Shown here: positions 40,036-51,600 of the stretch, one piece after another | Position numbering within the stretch: position 1 is the stretch's first letter | Layout: each line of letters opens with the position of its first letter | Origin: Mobula birostris | Lineage: Eukaryota | NCBI RefSeq assembly: GCF_030028105.1 | Contig: NC_092380.1 | Span: 65,655,717 to 65,719,716 of the forward strand | Reading direction: 5' to 3' | DNA: 64,000 bases | Made by a program: the position numbers and the translations under genes | Notes under the pieces: model-generated | Databases searched by the model: none | Told to the model about the DNA's origin: nothing | The model's input: only the letters and a program-made list of their open reading frames with translations

Positions 40036-40429
40036 AGAACTTGAAAAAGTTAGAAAATAAGCACATTTTAATTGGCATGGGGGAAGAGGGAGGTGTGAAA
40101 AGAACAAAAGGGAAGATTTATGAAAGGATGGAGACCAAGGGAAAGAAATGACACAACATGGTTGGTGTTTGTATGAACTGAGAAAGAACGTTGAAGACTT
40201 GTTACAGTTTAGAGAAGATGGAGGAGGAAGAGATGGATATGAAAAGAGGAAAGGGAAACAAAAGAATGCTCTAACTGTGTGATGCTGCAGCTGTTTGAAA
40301 TCAGAACAAGAGCAAGCAGGTCAGACAGCATCTGTGGAGAGAATAATATAGATTTACTGTCACAGGTTTATGACCTTACATCAGATGTGGTCAGATCTGA
40401 TAAAAACTACAAAGGCTGGCTATCTGCAA

Positions 40430-40700
40430 TTGTTGAATCCCTCATTTAGTCCCTCGGGCTGTTAAGTGCTTAAATGGAAGACGAGATTCTATTCCACAAC
40501 AGAGCATCGGGTTTCACTGGAACATTGCAAGAAGCCCAGGTTAGAAGGTCAAGGTGGATGGAGAATGAAGGTGTCAAGCATCTGTAATTTCAGGGTCACT
40601 TGCAGACTGAAAGAAGGTTTTTCAGATTAGTTATCCAGTTTGTGTTGGATTGACCAGTGCAGTGGTGATCAAATCATGAGCACCAAATGTTGTAAACTAA
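40430..40700 (-). mobile_element. Old Penelope-like endonuclease remnant
   Basis: Minus strand reads LGFLQCSSETR and NLVFHLST.QPEGLN, equivalent to HLIFRLGSLQPDGMN. Confidence 0.5.
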
Positions 40701-42118
40701 ATCTTGTTGGAACCATCAGACAATTAAACAAAGAAGCATAATAGGCTTCTAAGTGCCATGTTAATGATCCCCCTCTATCAGATATTCCCACTGTTTTATC
40801 CATTCTATCCTTCCCTACCTTTACTTCACTTCTTTCCATCCTGCCCCGTCTCTGTAACTTAATGCTTACTTGCTTTCACTCTGACGTTTGGAATTAGATT
40901 TCTTCTGTTTTATGATTAAAGTTGAAACAAAAACCTCCTTCTTATTCAATAGTTTTTCCCCAAGTCATTTTATAGCAGAGAAAAGTAATTTAGAACTAAA
41001 ACAATGAGGTTAAAACTGGGGACTTTATTTTGCTTTTGTAACTATTATTTGTTTAGTTAAATGTGTAGCAAATAAAGGAAAGTACATCAGCATCTCTAAT
41101 GCTGCCCTGTACTGTTAGAATATTAATATTAAGCTACTTTTATTTGTTCACTTATAGTCACAATATTGTAGTTTAATGGATTACCTGCAGATCTCTGGGG
41201 AATGAGCAGTGATATGGAAAGCAGATATTCCATTCAATGAACTGGCAGTCACAATGGACTGAATGGCCACATATTGCTGATTATGATCCTCTGGTTTTGT
41301 GCTCTGAAACACAGGAGAAAGCCAAGGCTGAAATCATTGAACAGGGCTGGGAAACTAATGGGACGCCTGCCCAAGATGGTGTGTGCAAAAATACTGTTAC
41401 TAGCAACATGCAGTGCCGCCTCTTGATTCTTTAAAGCCCACCATGAATAAAAGAAATGTGATGATTACCTTTACAGCCAAATGAACCAGTGACGAATATT
41501 TTATAACCTCACAGCAGTGAGATATTTTCACAGGAAATGTTTCACGCTGGCTTGCCACCAGCAATATGGGGGCTAGAAAATGGGATATGGGACGATATGT
41601 TTTGAAATCTTCAGATACCTGGGGTACACATCAGTATTTAGATAGTAAATGGTTTCAATAACGTTATTATTTAGAAATGTTGTTATTTTTCAATTGTCTT
41701 TTTAAAAGATTAATAGTAGTAATTTTTGAACAGGTTTTTGAAAAGGCTTCATTTATTTCGATCAGTCACTTCTATATTTCTATTAATAGTAAAACAATGA
41801 ATACACATAAAAATGTACAGGACTCATTCATTTTCCTTAAAAGGTCCATAATTATTGTTACTAATTAGTAATCAATGATAATATCTGTGCAAAATTACCA
41901 TGGCACAAGAGAGAATTTTTTAAGAAGATTATCAGCAATTAGGGCACCTGTTCTGAAAAGGTTCACCAGCCCTGGGACCTGGAATTTCAGAAGTCATCAG
42001 TGAAACTATTTGGTCTGGTCTTGCACGTCTCAGGTGACCAACTTCAAGGAGCATTAATGCAAAGACTACTGGTTGTAGGAGGACTGAGAAGAAAGAATGA
42101 CAGAGATAAAGATGTTTA

Positions 42119-42262
42119 GCAACACACACAAAATGCTGGAGGAACTCAACAGGCCGGGAAACATTTATGGAAACGAGTACAGTCAACGTTTCGGGCCAAA
42201 ATCCTCCAACATTTTGTGAGTGTTGCTTGGAGTTCTAGCATCTGCAGATTTTCTCTCGTTTG
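42119..42262. mobile_element. Collapsed inverted Penelope terminal-repeat remnant
   Basis: CAACACACACAAAATGCTGGAGG...GTCAACGTTTCGGGCC followed by its inverse CCTCCAACATTTTGTGAGTGTTG. Confidence 0.7.
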
Positions 42263-43179
42263 AGATAAAAATGTCTAATTGTCTTTTGAATTTTTGATAG
42301 TTCTATTATCTGCTGCATCATAAATGTGCAACTTTATTTAATCTCTCATATTAATCTGACTAAATACAAAAACAAAATATTAACTGAAGTTTTTGTAAGA
42401 ATTGGCATATTCCCTCCTTAAAAAGTGAACCAAGCATACCTCCACAGTATTGTAATGAATGACATCAAAAGCACATAAGACTGATAAGAAAGAACAATTA
42501 CTAAAAAAATGGAGAGAAAGGAAACTAACTCTGCCACTGATAGGGATGAATGTATATATGTACATTGGAACTTTAAATTAAAGGCTATGTAGAGGTGTCC
42601 ATAAGTTAGGCATTCGTAACTTGGATATGGCCTGTAAATCTGGAGTAATTTTCTCAATGCATCTTTTCTATGGGCAAATATTGAATCTGTACAGCATAGG
42701 AGGTCAGTTGATCTATTTCTACTATGGCAGCTCTATAAAACAATACAGTTTAATCCCTTCTTCAGCTCTTATTCCACAGTAAGTTATTGATCCATAAGAT
42801 CATTTTAAGTCATTTCTGAATCAGTATCCACAATTTCAGACTGCATTCAAGGCTTGGCTATCACTCAGTTTTTTGCCATTATCTTTAAATTTGTCTCCTT
42901 AAAAACATTGTTTTCAATGTAATTGAACAAAAGAAGTCCTGATAGATCTAAGTGCTGTCACATACCCCAATGATAGAGAATTTCTGCATCAAGCGAAGTG
43001 AAGAACATCCAATGAAGAGAAATATTAGACAGGCTGTTCAGAAGTTTGATGAATACACACCAATGAATTATGTTGCCTTGAGTCATGTGTGTACGTGTAT
43101 GCACATATGTCTATATGTATGTTTATGTATATAAGTTTGTAGGAACTGGTGGAAATTTGCTGAAACTAGGTTTAAACTG

Positions 43180-45296
43180 CTTTGGACAACAAAGATTTTG
43201 CTTTCTAAATACTTTTGAGTGTATCTTAAGGATTTTAGGCTGTTGATCATGAAAATCACCATGAAATTTCCCCATCCACACCAGTTTTTTTGAAGTGTCT
43301 ATATTTGTTATTTCACTTCACAATTCAGGTCAATTAAAATGTTGCCCACAATGTAAGCTGAAAAATTTTCTATCTTGTCCAGGCATGCTGGGATATACTT
43401 AAGCAGGGTAGGTGCTGCATGGAAGGACAAGTTTTAGAAAGACTCTAAAAGCATCACGCACACATCATTCTATGCATTACGTTTGTGATCATGTTGATGC
43501 ACATAGAATATTGTGTGTACTTATAATAATGTAATTGTATTTTCAGGAGTGTTTCTGATAGGAAAATGTCTCGCCAATGTTGCAATATTCTCGATATTTT
43601 CTGCTATATTTGTGGTGAGCATGACTCCTCTAATTAAGAAAGCCTATGAGCTCCACTTTGGATGTAAAACTGGTAACTAAAACAAAGCCTGGGCTCCTCA
43701 CATTTGTTGTGCAATATGCGCTGTTGATCTTAGAGCTTGGCTCTAAGGTACTTGAAAGTCATTGTCGTTCACTGTCCTGCTGCTAATTCTGTCTGACCAG
43801 TGTGTCTGGTTTCTCCGCTAAAAACAAGAAATCTAATGAATACCTCAATCTCCCTTCAGCCATGAGACCTGTGCTGTATGATTGTATGATGCTAGTCTTT
43901 CAGTTCTGAAGCCACCAGAGACATGGAGTCTAGAGGAGGTGGATGAAGATGCCATTTTGCATGAGCCAGGAATGGAAAACAACACTGATATTAATACAGA
44001 TTTTGAACTCTTTATGTTGAGTAAGCATTATCTGATAACTCATTCTGAGTAAAATGACCTGGTCAGAGACTTCAGTTTGTCAAAGGCAAGAGCAGAATTA
44101 CTGGATTCAGGATTGCAAGGATGGAATCTGCTGAAATCAGGCACAAAAAATTCTGTGAAGGAATTCGATATTTGAGGCAAATGGTTCACAGAATAACTGA
44201 TGTCAAGATTAAAGAAGGCATTTTTGTTGATCCACAAATCGAACATTTCATCAATGACAGGCAATTCAAAGAACCTTTAGTAAGACCAAAGAAAATTGCA
44301 TAGATATTTACAAGGATATTGCCTGGCAGATTGGAAAGCATGCTTTATAAGAGTAGGTTGCATGAACTTGGCCTTTTCTCCTTAGAGCGACGGAGGATGA
44401 GAGATGACCTGATAGATGTTGTAAGATGATGAGAGACATTGATCATGTGGATAGCCAGAGGCTATTCCCATGACTGAAATGGCTAACATGAGGGGGCATA
44501 GTTTTAAGGTGCTTGGAAGGAGGTACAGGGGGATGTCATAGGTAAGTTTTTCACACAGAGAATGGTGGGTGTTTGGAACGCACTGCCAGTAATGGTGGTA
44601 GAGGTGAATGCAACAGGGTCTTTTAAGAGACTCTTAGATAGGTACATGGAGCTGAGGAAAAAAGAGGGTTATGCGGTAGGGAAATTCTAGACAGTTTTTA
44701 GTGTGAGTTACGTAGTCGGCATAACTTTGCGGGCCAAAGGGCCTGTAATGTGCTGTAGATTTCTATATTCCATGAAGGCATTCAAGGATGTTGTTGAAAA
44801 TTTTCTTGGCAACTACAGAGCATCTAACTACGTGCAGCTGGTTGACAACATGCTTCAAGCATACAAAACCATGAAGTGCAACATGCCACCAAAGATTCAT
44901 TTTCTGCATTCCCATTTAGACTTCTTCCCTGCAAATCTTGGTACTGTCAGTGACTATTATGGTGAAAGGTTTCACCAGGACATTGTGGTCATGAGCAACT
45001 GGAATCCATCAATGTTGGCTGATCTTTGTTGGACATTGTTAAGCGAGAAACCTCAGACACTGAGTACAAATGAAAATCATCAATAAGACATCTTTAGCTT
45101 AGTTGTACCACTGGAAATGTCAGCCCTATTATGCAATTAAACACAATATATTCAATAAAAGTTAATTTCTTGTTTCTCCGAATTCCTACTGATACAAGTA
45201 ATCTGAAATTATTTTTGTGTTCTGCTTCAAGTGGTCTATCATAACCGAAAAAAATTCTGAGGAAGCAACATTTTCAAAGAAATTTTCTGTCCAGTA
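43180..45296 (+). mobile_element. Chapaev3-like (CMC) DNA transposon, internally deleted transposase pseudogene
   Basis: From ATG 43566: MSRQCCNILDIFCYICGE..KKAYELHFGCKTGN*NKAWAPHICC; later KIKEGIFVDPQI and AFKDVVENFLGN..KIHFLHSHLDFFPANLGTVSDYYGERFHQDI; degenerate TIRs TGGACAACAAA / TTTTCTGTCCAGT. Family assignment is from remembered motifs. Confidence 0.7.
44305..44772 (+). mobile_element. CR1 3' fragment inserted in the transposase
   Basis: LGLFSLERRRMRDDLI and FFTQRMVGVWNALP motifs plus CR1 3' UTR; splits transposase KIA/KAFKDVV. Confidence 0.85.
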
Positions 45297-46874
45297 TTAT
45301 CAGCTTTTGACATCAGTTTTCAGCAACTAAATGGGATGAAGCTTTATATAGTGTCAAAAACTGACTCCTTCAACCTTTTAGGTCATTTCATAGTGTGGGA
45401 TTTAGGAATACAGAAATGTTTTATGGCATTACTTAAATAAACATTACTTCAGTTTCAAAAATGTCAACAGACTTAAAGATGGCATTTCAGTCTGAATGCC
45501 TGGAGCATCCCCATTTTTCTAATGCTTTGGCAGGATTGATGTGCAACAGGGCTATGCTGTCTATGATTGAATCACCTTCAACCTGCAAGATGCCCTTGGG
45601 AGATTCACAAAGAATAACTGCAATCATTCTTGCTACTTCTTGGAACCGGCAGGTGGTTTACCACTCACTGCTTATTTGTTTAATGATTTTTTTATAAATG
45701 CATTGGTTTCTGACAAAAATCTTCAGCAGTTTTTCATCTCTCTACATCTTCAAAAGCATATTCAGAACCGACTGCTTGGCTTCACCTTCAGACACTTCTC
45801 TAATCCTTCTCCAGAACACTGTGGATTGTTGTATTTATCGCTTTGTGAATGTTATAGGGTTACTTTGCTGCATTAACATCAGTAGGTACTTGCAATTTAT
45901 GTGTATTCTTGACCATAACCCACAATATGCGTGTGCCAATTTCAGAATTATTAAATTTCAGTAGAAACTTGGTGCCAAATTAGCATCACCATTGATGCAT
46001 TAACCTAAATAATGCAGCATCGTTTTTCTTGATTTATATGCTGCCTTCAGCTACTTGTGAATACATAATTAAGAAAGCTTTGAACAATGTGCCAAGTGTA
46101 ATGGTGATAGACTACATCCAATTCTGCAATTTTAATCTAAACAATGCAATGAATGAAACTATGCTCTTAGCAATAATTAATTAAGTAATTATTACCTCTC
46201 CCCTTTTACAATTAGCTGGTACCCTTTGGTAAAGCCTGTTTGGTATTGATGCCACAGCTTGAAATAAAATCTACTCTAGATTTGTGAGCAACACATACAA
46301 AATGCTGGAGGAACTCAGCAGGTCAGGCAGCATCTATGGAGTGGAATAAATAACAAACAATTCAGTGAGACCTGATACACATCAGGGGACTGCTTTGTCA
46401 AGTACCTTTGTTCTGTCAACGTCAAAAGGCAGATCTCCCAGCGGCTACCAATTTCAATTCAATCTCCCATTCATTTTATTTAATTAACACATGTACATTG
46501 AAACATACAGCGAAATGCATTGTTTGCGTTATAAGCCAACAACCTAAAAATGTGCTGTGCCACCTCGAAGTGTCACCACACGTTTCAGCACCAACATAGC
46601 ATGCCCACAATGTTCAGCAGAACAACGCAAGCAACAGCAACAACAAAAACAACAAAATAAGATAATTTCCCACCCACCCTTGCACACAGCCACAGCTTCT
46701 GTGATGGGCATTCACTTCCTCGCCTCCTTCTCATGTTTTGCAAGGCTCACATTCTAATCACAGCAGCTGCCACTTGTAAGATCACAAATAATTGTAAGTA
46801 TACTTCCATCTAACAGTTGGTTGATTCTTGTCGTAAATGGAGTCAGCCTTCAGTTCTTAAGCTGTAAACGGTAA

Positions 46875-47126
46875 GCAGTAATCAGTGTGAAGTTAAAACA
46901 AGTACCATCTATAGAACAGCTTTGTAAACAAAGTCTATACAGAGCAGTCACTCTATCAGTAAGAAGTAGCTCACTGCACTTGGTTAATTGCTGCTTGAGA
47001 GTGCAGTATAAGACAGTGGATTGTATAATTTGCTTGTTTCAAATAGACAAGCTGACCCCAAGTTGCTTAGTTCAAGGAAGTTTGCGGATCAAATGGATAA
47101 TATCATTTACCATATCAAATAACTGA
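46875..47126 (+). pseudogene. Decayed U3-embedded ORF (candidate retroviral accessory gene)
   Basis: The same frame is open in copies A (31099..31284) and B (46887..47126); in a 32-codon alignment 10 of 19 differing codons are synonymous. Confidence 0.5.
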
Positions 47127-47551
47127 TGCATTTTTATTTGGTAGGTTTATGTACTCAAGGAAAATAGCTTTACAGCAGTAATTGTGACTTGTGAACTATG
47201 TCTCCAAGATGCTTTTAGTCTGTTTATGTAAAAAGGGCATCTGAAGAAATATCATATACAGATGAAGTCACCAAAGTGGTAGAAAAAGTGCATAAAATAT
47301 AGAGAGTAGTTCAGGCTTATTAGGAGTGGTTGAAGAACATCAGGAAGAATGACAGGAAGATGGGCTGATTAGAGTCCATTCCTTTGGCTTCGATCTCTGT
47401 GATGGGTAATTTGTTTGTCTGCATCTTTGGTATGCCTTTTTGGTTTATAAGAATTGTACATGTTTTGGAAATCCTTTGTAGTTTACAAATGGTTAGTAAT
47501 TTAGAAATGTTTTGAAAGAAAGAAATCCTCTGTGAGTTTCAAATATGTTTT

Positions 47552-48423
47552 AGATAGATAGATACTTCATTGATCCCAAAGGAAATTACAGTGGTCACAG
47601 CAGCATTACAAGTGCACAGATATACAAATATTAGAAGAGGAGTAAGAAAGAATAAAAGATAAGTTACCTCAAACAGTCTTAACAGCAGGGGTTCATTACT
47701 TCCCCAGCTATAGATTGACTCATTATAGATCCTAATGGCCAAGGGTAAGAATGACCTCATATAGCGCTCTTCGGAGCAATGCAGTTATCTTTGTCTATTA
47801 CTAAAAGTGCTCCTCTGTTCAGCCAAGTTGGCATGCAGAGAGTGAGAAACATTGTCCAGAATTGCCAGGATTTTCCATTATAGGAGTCAAACTGGACACA
47901 TTGGAGGCTGTGGTAAATCAAAGCCTCCACTGTGTCCAGTTTGACTCCTATAACAGAACCAGTTTTTCTAATCAGTTTATAGAACCTGTTGGCATCACCC
48001 GTGTTGATGCCATTGCTCCAGCACACCACTGCATAGAAGATTGTACTGGTGACAACAGAGTGGTAGGACATTTGAAGGAAAGGCCTGCATACTCCAAAGG
48101 AACTCAGTCTCCTCAGGAAGTAAAGGAGACTCTGGCCCTTGTACACAGCCTCTGTGTTGAAGCTCCATTCAAGCCTGTCATCCAGCTGAACCCCCAGGTA
48201 TTTGTAGGTCTTCACCACATCGATATCCTCACCATAAACAGTAACAGGGAGCAGTGTAGGCTTAGAGTGAGCTGCAGATGATTCAGCTTGCACCATTTGA
48301 CAAAGTCCTCCACTCGGGCACGGTATTCATCCTCCTGAACTTCCTTTATACACTCACCTATTGCTAAGTCGTCAGAGAATTTCTGCAGATGACATGACTC
48401 AGTGTTGTATCTAAAGTTGGAGG
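47552..48423 (-). mobile_element. Rex1/Babar LINE 3' fragment inserted in LTR copy B
   Basis: LQKFSDD, YKYLGVQLDDRLEW and LYFLRRLSSF (ORF 47757..48296); (CTAT)n tail; absent from LTR copy C. Confidence 0.9.
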
Positions 48424-48724
48424 TAAGAAAGTTGTTTGGATTTAAATGTGCATCACTGAAAATAAATGAACTGTAGTTTAAACTACCTTGTTAGCTAGAA
48501 GCATCTTCTCTTTGGTAGGGAGCACACTGCTCAAATAGTGGGTACTGACGGCCAAAACCCACAGTGGAGAATAAACATGGAAGTGAACTAGTTTTTGAAG
48601 ACTAGGTAGTCACAGTACAACCTACCTTAAGTCAGGCTACTTGTGGCTATTCATATCCGATAGGGCTTAAGGCATTTACTTCCGTTTAGAACTTTGTGGT
48701 CAGGAAACCCAATACCATCACATT

Positions 48725-48742
48725 TGGTGCCCAGCGTGGTTA
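48725..48742 (+). promoter_or_regulatory. Primer-binding site, tRNA-Lys(CUU; Lys1,2) type
   Basis: TGGTGCCCAGCGTGG lies 2 nt after the LTR-terminal CA; 13 of the first 15 nt match TGGCGCCCAACGTGG and both mismatches would be G-U wobbles. Confidence 0.8.
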
Positions 48743-48885
48743 TGTTATACAAGAAGTATTACTTTAGAACCAATTATTCTTTAGCAGTAGTCCAATTCAG
48801 AGTGTGTTTGACAAGTGCTATGCCCACCCCCCACCTAGTACTATAAAATGGCCAACATCTTGGTTTCTAGTAGCTGTGCAGGCAA

Positions 48886-49398
48886 ATGAGTGTGTTAATA
48901 GTACATCAGAATTATGAGGTAATACCCCAGCTGCTTCTCAGAATGAACATTGATGAATACTTTAGAGATATTAATGAAGCCTGGAGAACAAATTCTTGGG
49001 AACATGCACTAGAATTACTAAAAAGATTGACTATAGCCAGTAAAAAAAAAGACGGGGACAGGTTCCTATACTGGGAGCCACTGCAGCTTCCCCAGTACAA
49101 ACTTCTCATCAGGCTTTTGGATCTTTTGACTATTCAGAGCTTGCAGGCAGTATACACTACACCTCCAGCTTATGCTGAAGGAATCTTGAAGAGGCTACTT
49201 CAGACTACTGGGAGCTTAAAGGCCTTCTGGCCCAGGCATACTCCTCAACATATTCAGCAATTCTTATTAATCTTAGTTACCACTTCCACTAAAGTATGGA
49301 AATTCATATCAGATGCAGTATATGTGTGGATTTATAAACAAATTAATGGTGGAGAGGTATGTGGAGGACTTGGTATTGCGTTAAGTAAAATAGTCTAA
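48886..49398 (+). pseudogene. ORF in the gag position of the truncated provirus
   Basis: 170-codon ATG-initiated ORF starting 164 nt after the LTR; no recognisable motif, so the call is positional only. Confidence 0.45.
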
Positions 49399-49707
49399 AG
49401 CCAGGGCTTAATAACAACTTGTAAGATCAGAGAACAAATGGTGAGGGTGGACTGAGACCAAACTCATTCTAACTCTTTCTTTTTATCCCAGGAAAAGTCT
49501 CTGTACTACGTGCAGAATAGCCATTAAACAAGACACCCAGTACATGAATGATTTCAAGTTTTTGAAGAGATCCTGCACACCCACATAGTGGTAGAAGGAT
49601 TACTGCTTGTTCCCACACAAAGACAACAAGGTTTCAGCACAGGGCCCTCCCCTTTTCCCGCATATATTTCCTGTTAGATTTTATTACAAATTAGATTCCT
49701 TATTCTT

Positions 49708-50040
49708 CAACACACAGAAAATGCTGAAAGAACCCAGCAGGCCAGGCAGCATCTATGCAAAAAAGTACAGTTGACGTTTTTGGGCTGAGACCCTTCAGCA
49801 GGACAGAACCCTTTTCTTCTTCTACTTATCATCTCCCAGTTTCTTACTTCATGCCCCTTTCCCACTCACTTGATAACACCTAGCATCTGCCAGCTTGTAT
49901 TCCTTCCTCTCTCTCACCTTCTTGTTCTAGCTTCTGTCCCCTTCCTTTCCAGTCCTGATGAAGGGTCTTGTCCCAAAATGTCAACAGTTTATTTTCCTCC
50001 TTAGATGCTGCCTTTCTCCAGCATTGTCTATATTACTCTA
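49708..50040. mobile_element. Non-autonomous Penelope derivative with inverted terminal repeats
   Basis: Antisense hammerhead-like segment at ~49768-49806 and sense copy AGTCCTGATGAAGGGTCTTGTCCCAAAATGTC at 49951, flanking a pyrimidine-rich core. Confidence 0.7.
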
Positions 50041-51039
50041 GATGACTGCATTGCTTGTGGAAACTATGCACACCTCAACCAGCTGAAATAAAATTCAGAC
50101 ATCTTGAAGTAGATCAGTGTTTATATATATTTTTTTCTTTCCTTAATCTCTTCCTTCCTTCCATGAGTGTGCTTTCCCCAGTTCAATTATGGCTTCACAG
50201 GTGCTGGCACTAATTTGTCACAGCATCTCTCTGATGAGTCCTTGAGAAGGTTGGACAACCTTCTAGTACAGATGATATCTCTAATGACCTTAATCCTGTC
50301 AATTCGAGGGTATGTTCCTCCAGAGTTTAAAGAGTTTAAACTTGAGAATTACAGAGACCCAGACCAGCATTTCTTCTCCCTAACTTTTGTAAAATGCTTT
50401 CGCAGCAAATTTCTTGGAAACACCATATACTGTACTGGAAACAATTATTAAAATCTTTCCATTTATTCACAAGTGGGAACTTCTCACAATGGTACATTTA
50501 AGGAAATTCCTTTGCATTATCAAGGCAAAGTAGTTTTGTGTTGTGCACAGAGATAAAACTATAGTTAAAATTCAGTCTGCGCAATGCAGCAGATAATTAT
50601 CTTTGTCCTCAGTAACAGTTAGTTTACTATACTATTTTTAAATGAATCTTCTTCACATTAATGTCATACTTGTTTTATAAATACAGCTGAATGGTAAATG
50701 ATCATTGACATATAGAAGAGATATATTCTACTAGCTTGTACAGATAGGAATAATCCACTGAAAAATAAGAACAAACTGCTGGAGAACTCAACAGAGCAAT
50801 TCAGCTTTACCTTATCAAAATTCGAGCTGCAGCTTGATTTCTGGTGAAATTTCACACAGCTATTATGAGCATAGGAAATACATAAATGTACATAAAACTA
50901 ATCCTTTCACTGTCAAACGGTTAAGCACATAAAATAAGCATATAATCACGTTACCCCAAGAATTCCACATAATCACATAGTTCTGTATTTTATATATTTC
51001 ATATGAAATGAATGTTACTGTAAATATATAAAAGGGTCC

Positions 51040-51600
51040 TGTAAAGTGCCGACTGCTTCCCATACATCAAGGAACATTCCCCAGTGAAGATGGACATTGG
51101 TGACGAAAGTCATGGTGAGCTATTGCGTTCTTAAGCATTTAGACACACATCTCAAACCTGCACAAAACTCACCAATACCAGGTTGCAGAGATCTCTGCCT
51201 TTCTGCATAGTTCTGAAACTCCACTATCAGTGTTGTCTCCACAAAATCCTCCAAATCTACTGGCAGGATAGGCAAATCATTGCACAGCCATGCCAACATC
51301 CTCGGCATTAAGGCTGGAATTACATTCAGCAGAGTTAAGTCCGAATGTCATTCACATGCCCAAAATCACTTTCCTGAGACAGTCTGCTCTGAGCTCTTTC
51401 ACAGCAAAGGATTACCAGGTGGACGGATGAAAAGATTTCAGGTATTCTCAAAGCCCTGCTTAAATAATTCTAGCATTCTCATCACTTAAAATACAGGCTG
51501 AACTTAAAAGGTTCCAAAACTTTGCAGTCAGACAAAGAAAGTTGCACATACCACTGACCTGTATGAAACCTACACCTTTCGTGACATTGTTTAGCATCAC
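51040..51600 (+). mobile_element. RTE-clade LINE 3' remnant
   Basis: LHKILQIYWQDR, ANILGIKA and SELFHSKGLPGGRMKRFQ correspond to RTE C-terminal motifs (LRKIL.I.WQDR; GKR..GGQ.KRFKD). Confidence 0.7.

Larger units (their letters stand above)
46700..48722 (+). mobile_element. 5' LTR (copy B) of the putative foamy-like ERV; ~1.15 kb without the Rex1 insertion
   Basis: TGTGATGG...CCATCACA termini; colinear with 59163-60274 on both sides of the Rex1 insertion; AATAAA near 48462; followed by a PBS. Confidence 0.9.

Noticed and set aside
39659-40151. Cys/Ala/His-rich ORFs on both strands
   Set aside because: Translations of the SINE's low-complexity repeats.
50167-50451. ORF as a continuation of the ERV gag-pol
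   Set aside because: No protease, RT or integrase motif, and separated from the leader by another element; cannot be supported.
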